Origin: the human T2T-CHM13v2.0 reference genome, Homo sapiens
Direction: 5' to 3' (one strand)
Assembly: GCF_009914755.1 (NCBI RefSeq)
Contig: NC_060939.1
DNA: 64,000 nucleotides
The notes beneath the pieces are model-generated. The model ran no database searches. It saw only the letters and a list, made by a program, of their open reading frames with translations, and was not told the origin of the DNA. This document shows positions 45,425 through 64,000 of this stretch, piece by piece. Both the position numbers and the translations under genes were made by a program. Every line of letters starts with the position of its first letter. Positions within the stretch are counted from its first letter, which is position 1.

Positions 45425-47752
45425 TGATCCACCCACCTTGGCCTCCCAAAGGCTGGGATTACAGGCGTGAGCCACCACACCCGGCCGGTTGACTTTTACA
45501 ATTATATTTTTCCCTTCCAAAAGAGCAACATGTCATACTATATATGTCGTCCTTAAAACTAGGTCACTCTCCACCTCCTGAGAGCCAACAGCCCTTAGGA
45601 GTTGCTGAGGAGAGAGTATGAGGACAAGAATATTTCCTTTCTATCCTTAACCTTGCCAGGATCTTCCTCTTTCTGGTGAACTATGATACCCTGTCCTCTC
45701 TGGTGACTCAGAAGCGTTAGAGCATTTTTTTTAAGTCACTGTAAATGTGACTGTTGTATAGATACAAGAACTGTTATATAGATACAGAGCTAGTAGGTGT
45801 CTAAAGTATGCATCGCAGTTAGCCCAACTAGCTTTTCAGGGGTTGTCTTTTATGATAGCCTTGCTTTCTTACTGGAAGAGGGACTGTCTTCTTTTCTAAG
45901 CAGGTGTGGCCATTTTCATAACTTGCTCCTACATGCATGTTAGCGCTTAGCAAAATTCCTGACAAAGTGGAAAATATTACAAGCCACTAAAAGCATTTAG
46001 AATGAAAAACTGTTACTCAATGGCTTAAAGATATTTAGCCATTCTAAAATCCTAAATCAAAGTGTGTGTGTGTCTGTCTGTCTGAGCACATGCTAAAAAG
46101 TAATTTAGAAATTACTAGACATAGAAATATTTGCATTTCCTTAGAAAATGCTCACTCCTTTGACAAAACCTTTGCTATCCAATCCATCCATTTTTTAAAA
46201 TAACAGATCATTTCACTAGACGGTCTGTTCATTTAATCTTCATGGGTACAGATGGTCAGGTATTTTCTATTTATCCTCTTTCATTTATTCCTTACCAGCA
46301 TCCTTCCTCCAGATGTGCCTCCCTCTGGTCTATCAAAGGGCCTCTTCTTCACTGTCTTGGCACAATGCAATTTTACAAAGGAATCCCAGGAACCTTAAAG
46401 GTTAGGTATATAAGAATTGAAAGCTTGGTGGCAAAAAGAAAGGGGAGTTTCTTAGGGGGATTCTGTCTAGACGGTGGTCCCCTACCACACTGTTGGGGGG
46501 CATATATTATATAGATGTAGGGGTGGGTAAGTCTGTGATCAGAGCAGAGGGTGAACAGGTTCTTGAACTGTTAGGAAGCTGCTGTCTTACCCAAAGTGAA
46601 ACAAATACCTTGTCTTTCACCATTTTTCTGGCAGGAGATGGAAAAATAAGATTCTTAAATAACATCTACTATTTCTTTTTTTTTTCTTTAGTATATCAGT
46701 AGGACAGTGAAGTTGGAAAAGTGGAATATGAACCACTTCTGAATGTCTTTGATGTTTTAGAGAAAGTACTATTCGAAGATGGAAGAAAACATACTAGAAA
46801 TAATCCAAATCTCCAAGTCAATAAAATAAGTCTCAATAATCTGCCCTAGGATTTAAAATATATTATTCTGAGTATTGACTTGGAGATGCAATGGAGAGAG
46901 TAGATTATAAATAGAAACTTGTATCAAGCAAAAGTAAATTAAGCTGCCATTAAGATACTTATATAATTAGCCTTCTAAGAAGTTGAGCGAATTCTATTTC
47001 TGAGTCTTTGGGCACCCCTGGAGTATTACACAGACAAGGACATCATCAACTATTCAATTTGACCAAGTATGTCTACAAAGTTACTTTCTGTCCATCATCC
47101 TTCTTATGTAGACAAAGTTATATGTGCCCTGGAAGTTTAATTCTGTAAATATCCAGGTCTCCAAACTGGCCCAGTAATAATAGTAACAGCTATTGACCAC
47201 TTTTATGACACGTAATAATTCATTTAAAACTCACCATAGTCTTTAGAGGTAGCTGCTGTTACCATCATCATCTCCATTTTACAAATGAAGAAACTGAAAC
47301 ACAGAGAGGTTAAATAATTTCCAGTCCCATAGCCAGAAGGTAGTGGAGCTGAATTTGAACCCAGCTGATCTGACTTCAGAATTGCGCTCACAATCTTCTT
47401 TGGCCCATGAACATGATGAGTTCTCCATTCTTTTACTTAAGAAAGTATTAATACCTAGTTAGCCACCCTCTGGGGTAGGGATTGAGGAACAATGTTGAGA
47501 ACTTAAGGGTCATTGCCTTTGTGATACCCAACAACTCAATCTTCTTCCTCTAAGAGCAAGTTTGCCAGTTTTGATGTCTCAGCACCTCTGGAATCCGCAC
47601 TGAAGGAATCAGTTCCTTAGAGAGGAAGGCAGTTCCTGGATCTCTTGTTCGAAAGTTGGCTGTGTATTTGGGCAGTACTCCAGCTACTGGAGAGATAGGT
47701 AGGAAAGCCGGGAGACCCATCAGTCAGCAGTTTGCTAAAGTGAAGTTTCAGT

Positions 47753-49620
<1,868 letters not shown>

Positions 49621-50100
49621 GCTGCAAAAATAACATTCTCATTCACCAGTCTCACTCAGTTGTTGGAGAAATTACTTAATTTTCAAAATTGTGGGGTAAG
49701 ATGTGTAAGATCTATGCACAAAGCTATTTATTATGGTATTATTGCAATAGCAAAAGACTGAGAGCAACCCAAAATTATCAGTGTGGGACTGGTTTTAAAA
49801 AACTATGATACATCCACGTGATGGAGGACTATGCATCTATGAAAAGGAAAGAGATGAAGATCATGTAGCTCCAGGATAACTGGTTCAGAATGGTGCTTAT
49901 AGTATGCACCTTTAGTACAAGAAGCAGGAAGGGACATGAAAATATATACATATATACTTATGTTTGTAAGAAGCTATGATGAGAAGATAAACCCAAAATA
50001 AATAAAAATGGTAAACAAATGGAGAAGGAGGGCATAGAGTGAAGGGCATAGAAATAGTCCTATGGAGAAAAATAGGGAGGGGGGTGGGGCAGGATTGCAA

Positions 50101-56755
<6,655 letters not shown>

Positions 56756-57229
56756 GACAAGTACAGTTCAACTGGACTCCTGGGTAGATTACTAGAAAGA
56801 GTGCAGCATCAACCTGAGCTACCCATAGAAGCTCAACAATTCGTTAGCAGCTGATTAATGCTGAATTTAAGCCAGAATAGGAGAGAAGAGCTGACCTTTG
56901 GGCTTTACCCATTAGAGGTTAGGATTGAAAGCTACAGGATAAGGAGCCAGCCAGTGAGGCTGAACTGATGGCCTCTTACCTTTTACCACTCCCTCCATCC
57001 TTGAATTAGAACAGCTCTGTCACCAGGGCATCATTCTATCCACCTTGTGGGCTAGGACCAAGGCTTAACTTATCACATTCAATTTTTGGACTCCTTGAAT
57101 AATTACTAGGAAGATAATAAGCATGGCTGGGGAAATATGCTCATCTTTATCTATGATTAATTAGGCCCTTAATAATTTGTAATAAGTCAAAAAACATGAG
57201 AGGGAGAAGGAGAACTAAAACACTAGTTG

Positions 57230-58745
57230 TCAGTCCTGGGACAACTGAATGTCCACATGCACAAGAAGGTAGTTGGACCCCTGCCTAACATCATATTCAA
57301 AATTTAACTCAAAAAAGATCAAAGTCCTGAATGTAAGAGCTAAAACAATAAACACTTAGAAGAAAAATAGGCATAAATTCTTTATCACTTACATCATCAA
57401 GTTCATAAGTGGATTCTTAGTTATGGCCCCAAAAACACGAGCAACAAGAAAAAAATAGGTAAATTGGACTTCATCAAACTTAAATATTTGTGCATCAAAG
57501 GACACCATCAAGAAAGTGAAAAGACGACCTATAGAATAGGAGAAAATATTTGCAAATTATGTATCTGATAAGGCATTTGTATCCAGAATATATAAAGAAC
57601 TCTTACAACTCAGCAATAAAAAGACAGATAATCCAATTTTAAAATAGGCAAAGGACTTGACTAGACATTTCTTCAGACAAGATATATAAATAGCCTTTAA
57701 GCACATGGAAAGATGTTCAACATCATTAGTCATTAGAGAACTGCACTTCAAAACCACAAATAGATACCACTTCACACCCACTAGCATGGTTGTAATTAAA
57801 AAAAAAAGGAAATAACAAGTATTAGCAAGGATGTGGAGAAACTGGAACTCATACCCATGGGAATGTAAAATGCTGCAGACACTTTGGAAAACAGTTTTGC
57901 AGTTCCTCAAAAAGTTAAATACAGAGTTGTCATATGGCACAGTAATTTCACTCCTACATATATACTTAAGAAAACATGTTCACATAAAACTTGCTTATGA
58001 GTGTTCATAGCAGCACTATTCACAATAATGAAAAAGTGGAAATTTCTGTCAAGTTTCTACCAACTGATGAATGTCTAAACAAAATGTAGAATTTTCATAC
58101 CTCGGAATATTAGTCATAAAAAGGAATGAAGTACTCGTATATACTGTGACACAGATGGACTTTGAAAATGGTATACTGCCTGGCTCATGCCTGTAATCCC
58201 AACACTTTCAGAGACCGAGGTGGGGGGATCACTTGAGCCCTTGAGTTTGAGACAAGCCTAGGCAACATAGCGAAACCTCATCTCTACAAATAATAATTGT
58301 TTAAATATTAGCCAAGCATGGTGGCACGCACTTGTCGTCCCAGTTACTCGAGAAGCTGAGGTAGGAGAATTGCTTGAGCCCAGGCAGTCTGCAATGAGCC
58401 ATGATTATGCCACTGCACTCCAGCATGGGCGACAGAGCAAGACCTTGTCTTAAAAAAAAAAAAAAGGAATACTAAGTGAAAGAAATCAGACACAAAAGGC
58501 CACGTATTATATGATCCTGTTTATATGAAATGTCCAGAGCAGGCAAACCCATAGAAACAGAAGGTAGATTAGTGGTTGCCTGGGGAAGCTGGTGGAACTG
58601 GGGTACAGGATTTCTTTTTGAGTTGATGAAAATGTTCTAAAGTTAGAGTGTGGTGATAGTTGCACAAGTCTTGACTATACTAAAAACCACTGAATTGAAC
58701 ATTTTAAAAGGGAGTTTAATGTTATGTGAATTATATCTTCCTAAA
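57230..58745 (+). mobile_element. L1MB-like ORF2 end and 3'UTR, interrupted by an AluJ-like element (~58178-58465)
   Basis: 'ggacaactgaatgtccacatgc...taaattggacttcatcaaa...gcaaggatgtggagaaactggaactc'. Confidence 0.85.
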
Positions 58746-58899
58746 ATAAAAGAGATAAAAGAAAATATACATTGTAGGGGGAATGCAGTAAACATAAACC
58801 AAAAACAAACTTTGGGTACCTACAGGGAAAGGGTGAGAGCTGGGTGGAAACAATGGGAGGATGGGAACAGAGTAGCAGTGACGAGGAGAGAGTAGCATT

Positions 58900-61750
58900 T
58901 CTCTGATTGTAGCTTTGTATATAGTTCTGACTCAGAACCATGGTAATGTTTCACATACACACATACATCCAGTCAACCAGGGTGTGGAGGCAAGCCAAAA
59001 TAGAATGCAAGCAGAAAAAAAAAAAAACTGTGTAATAAATAACTAACATTACCACCACAAAGTGGGTGGAGAAGAAAATACTTAAGTAATTTAGTAAACT
59101 TTTATTTTGACTGTGTCATAAGACTAAAGACAAAAACAACTTCATACAAATATTGTCCTCTGGTTAGTACATTTGTTTTTCACAGGGGTATAAATTAGCA
59201 ATTGTGAATCTACCTTATCTGTATCTGTATATCATTGAACAAATAAGTAAAGTTGTTGTGACCAATGACAATCAGGACTCTCCCTGTTGGAAAAACAAGT
59301 TACAAATAAGAAAAGGGGGAAGGCTAGAATGACCCCTGTTGTTTTGGATTAGAATCAGAGGTGTCAATCTGAGGTATGAACACATGGTTTTTAGTGTACA
59401 CACACAGATAGATACGGCAGGAACTCGCATCCAGGAACAGAGCCCTTTGCTCCTCCCTCAGAATGAATGGGGACCAGAAATCAGATGTTTATGCCCAAGA
59501 AAAGCAGGATTTCTTTCAGCACTTCTCCCAGATCGTTGGGGTGCTGACTGAGGATGAGATGGGGCACTCAGAGATAGGAGATGCTATTGCCCGGCTCAAG
59601 GACGTCCTGGAGTACAATGCCATTGGAGGCAAGTATCACCGGGGTTTGACGGTGCTAGTAGCGTTCCAGGAGCTGGTGGAACCAAGGAAACAGGATGCTG
59701 ATAGTCTCCAGAGGGCCTGACTGTGGGCTGGTGTATGGAACTGCTGCAAGCTTTCTTCCTGGTGACAGATGACATCATGGATTCATCCCTCACCCGCTGG
59801 GGACAGATCTGCTGTTATCAGAAGATGGGCATGGGGTAGGATGCCATCAATTATGCTATCCTTCTGGAAGCATGTATCTACTACCTGCTGAAGCTCTATT
59901 GCCAAGCACAGCCCTATTACCTGAACCTGATCGAGCTCTTCCTGCAGATTTCCTGTCAGCCTGAGATTGGGCAGACCCTGGACCTCATCACAGCCCCTAG
60001 GACAATGTGGATTTTGGCAGATTCACTGAAAACAGGTACAAATCTATTGTCAAGTACAAGATAGCTTTCTACTCTTTCTACCTTCCTGTAGCTGCAGCCA
60101 TGTACATGGTAGGAATCGATGGTGAGAAGCAGCACGCCAATGCTTAGAAGATCCTACTGGAGATCGAGAGTTTTTTCAAATTCAGGATGGTTACCTTGAC
60201 CTCTTTGGGGACCCCACTGTGACCCGCAAAGTTGGCACTGACATCCAGGACAACAAATGCAGCTGGCTGGTGGTTCAGTGTCTGCAACGATCCACTCTGG
60301 AACAGTACCAGATCCTGAAGGAAAATTACGGACAGAAGAAGGCCAAGAAGGTAGTCCAGGTGAAGGCACTGTATGAGGAGCTGGATCTGCCGGCCGTGTT
60401 CTTGCAGTATGAGGAAGACGGTTACAGCCACATTATGGGTCTCACTGAACAGTACGCAGCGCCCCTGCTCCCAGCCATGTTTCTGGGGCTTGTGTACAAA
60501 ATCTACAAGCAGAAAAAGTGACCTAGAGACTGCAAGGACTCGGGAGAGGAGGCACTCAATAAATATTGTGTAAAAAAAACAAAAACAAAAACAAAAACAA
60601 AAAAAAAGATACAAAATATATAGAAATATCTTTATTTACATTTTTTTCTATATTTTATTAACTGGCTCTGTTTGTGAGAGGACCTGGAAGCAATAACACA
60701 CCAGTAGCAATGAAATCTAACATCAAGATCTTGGTTTCTTAATATCATTTTCCAATTTAAAAAAAAAAAAGAGCTTCTTGGAGAAATGGCTGATTCTAGA
60801 GTTGGGGCAGTGAAAATCAGAGCCGAGACTGGAGTATCTTGTGGTGCCACAAAGCAAGGACATGCTCTGAAAGGAAGGGAGCATGACAAGAGGGAGCCAG
60901 GAGCTGAATCAGGGTTCCCAATGGCTAATGCTTGGACAATCTGAGCAACAAAATAATGATAATCTTACATCATAACCCATAAAATAAATATCCATAGTGC
61001 ACACTGATATGAATAAATAACTAGGAGAGAAGAGATATGCTTCCTTATCACATAATTCCAGTTAATAAATGTGGAAGGAATAATGGAAATGGAAAATCAC
61101 CATTAAGCAAACATTGCAGTTATAATTGTTGCAGATGAAAACTGTTGATGGATGCTAAGCTTAGTGGGTGGAAGAATGATGAGAAACATCATAATCACAA
61201 AAACACCATAATCTTAAAAATATATCCCCACAAGAAACTTAATAGTGGAGAAACCTAGCAGACACCACCTTAACTGAGTAGTCAATGTTAGCATTACTAA
61301 TAAGATGACATATGTTCCCCCCAGTATGATGCACTGGAAAGGACACAGCTTTCTGTTGTATTCCTGCCAGAAATGTATAACCTCAATCTAATCATGAAAA
61401 ACCATCAAACCCAAATTGAGGGACATTCTATAAAATGCCAGACTAGTAATCTTCAGAAGTCCCAAAGTCATGAAAGACAAAGACTGAGGAATTGTCACAG
61501 CTTTAAGGAGACATGACAACTAAACTGCACGATCTGTTTTAGATTTTGGACCGGAAAAGGACACTAGTGAGAAAACTGGGGAATACCAGTAAGATTTGTA
61601 GATTGGTTAATCATACTGTATCAATGTTAATGTCCTTCTTTGGATAGTCATACTATAACTATATAAGATGTTAATGTTGGTGGCAGCTAGATGAAGTGTA
61701 CTATTTTTGCAACTTTTCTGTAAAACTAAAATTAGTGCAAAATAAAAGTT
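58900..61750 (+). mobile_element. Old L1 (L1MC/L1MD-like) 3' region, split by the FDPS retrocopy
   Basis: Motifs 'gagcttcttggagaaatggctgattctag' and 'cccaaattgagggacattcta'. Approximate. Confidence 0.65.
59416..60606 (+). pseudogene. Processed pseudogene of farnesyl diphosphate synthase (probably FDPSP9)
   Basis: Intronless. ATG at 59463 (MNGDQKSDVYAQEKQDF...) to ...KIYKQKK* at 60521, with frameshifts and stops (TGA at 59718-59720). AATAAA at 60558-60563, poly-A from 60572, AGATAC TSD at 59410-59415 and 60607-60612. Confidence 0.95.
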
Positions 61751-61864
61751 CAAAAAATTTTTTAACTGTTAAATAAACATTGTGAAAGCATGTGATAGGA
61801 GAGACCATCATATGAAAAACATGGAAATTTTGGTTGACCCTATGTGTTAAGTCAAAAAACATGT

Positions 61865-62944
<1,080 letters not shown>

Positions 62945-64000
62945 CTACAATAAGGCCAGTGATAATAGGTACCATTTCTGAGTTTACTAAATGCCAGGTG
63001 CCAAGTTAAATTTCTTATGTTCCTCAAAATGAACCACAAAGTACTTATTATTACAGTATTTTTATAGAAGAGGAAACAGGTTTGGAAATCCTGTGTCTTG
63101 CCCTAGCTCACGTACGTACTACATAAAGGTTATCAGATTCTAACCCAGGATCTCCAAAACTGACACTAAAATGCACCTCCTCCTCTGTCACAGCACTGTT
63201 TTATTAGCTCTGTAGCTCTGTTCTTGTTCATCCTGTGAAGTATGAGACCGGCCCATGTTCTGTAGTCACCTGTATCTTCACTGCTCAGCACCAGGCCTGG
63301 TGTGGAACGGATGCTCGGCAGATAGCTGCTGAGTCAGTGAGGGAAGGCTGTGTCATGCGACAATGAGGTGGGAAGAGCAACTTATTAAGCTAATAAAATC
63401 CCCAGCTGCTGTTGGAAGTCCAGGTCAAGAGAAGAAACCCCATTGTACTCTTTGCTGACGGAGCTATAGCTGAAGCGCTGCACCACACTTTAAGGGTGGT
63501 ATGGAAAGCTAGTTTTCAGAAGGGGCTGACTTCCTCAGCTCGGGGTGGTAGGTAGTCATTGTAGAAATTTAAAAGAAAAGCCACAGTGTCACCAGGGAAA
63601 ACCCAATAACCAAGTGCCATGCGGTCTCACTGGTTGTGTTTGGGAAGTACTACCACTAATCAATGTATAAACCAAGTGCCAATTTGCAGGAAGAAATAAA
63701 ATTATCATGCAAACGATAATACAGTCAGCCTGCACAGAGCATTCTCTCCATTTAGATAGATCAGGAGGTTGCTGGTGACCCCTCCTTCCCCCGTTCCACC
63801 ATCACCCCCACCCCCACTCCAAGGAAATGACTTTTCAGCTGAAATCACAAGGCTAAGTATGCATTCTTTAGGTGAGAGAGTGAGAACAGGGAAGAGAGAA
63901 AAACTGGAAAATTTTTCATGAAGAAACAACTGTATATACAAAGTTTCTAAAGGGAAACATGGCATGATATTTTAGAGGAATTGAAAGGTGGCCACAATGG

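Noticed and set aside
59463-60521. Functional FDPS retrogene
   Set aside because: Early frameshift/stop at 59718-59720, further stops and indels, and a damaged second Asp-rich motif.

Overview
Primate (very probably human chr15q25.1) genomic DNA, rich in Alu, L1, L2 and LTR repeats; not prokaryotic. It holds exons 1-2 of MTHFS on the minus strand, the ST20 (HCCS-1) / ST20-MTHFS readthrough unit, the antisense ST20-AS1 region, an FDPS processed pseudogene, a deleted HERV-I-type provirus with both LTRs, and solo LTR12F, LTR12C and LTR5 elements. The main result is that ST20 reads as a chimeric gene built from four parts. (i) Its CpG-island promoter and first exon are a decayed genomic copy of SLAIN2 exon 1, with the splice donor kept. 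(ii) An exonised antisense Alu supplies the ATG and a perfect donor. (iii) A copy of the BCL2A1 'Bfl-1S' cassette exon has intact splice sites and is now 54 nt, so it is in frame. (iv) A duplicated BCL2A1 terminal exon is frameshifted into its old 3'UTR. The junctions from the Alu exon onward are all phase 0, so the same modules also splice in frame onto MTHFS exon 2. Gene identities rest on recalled protein and mRNA sequences; no database search was run, and boundaries of old repeats are approximate.
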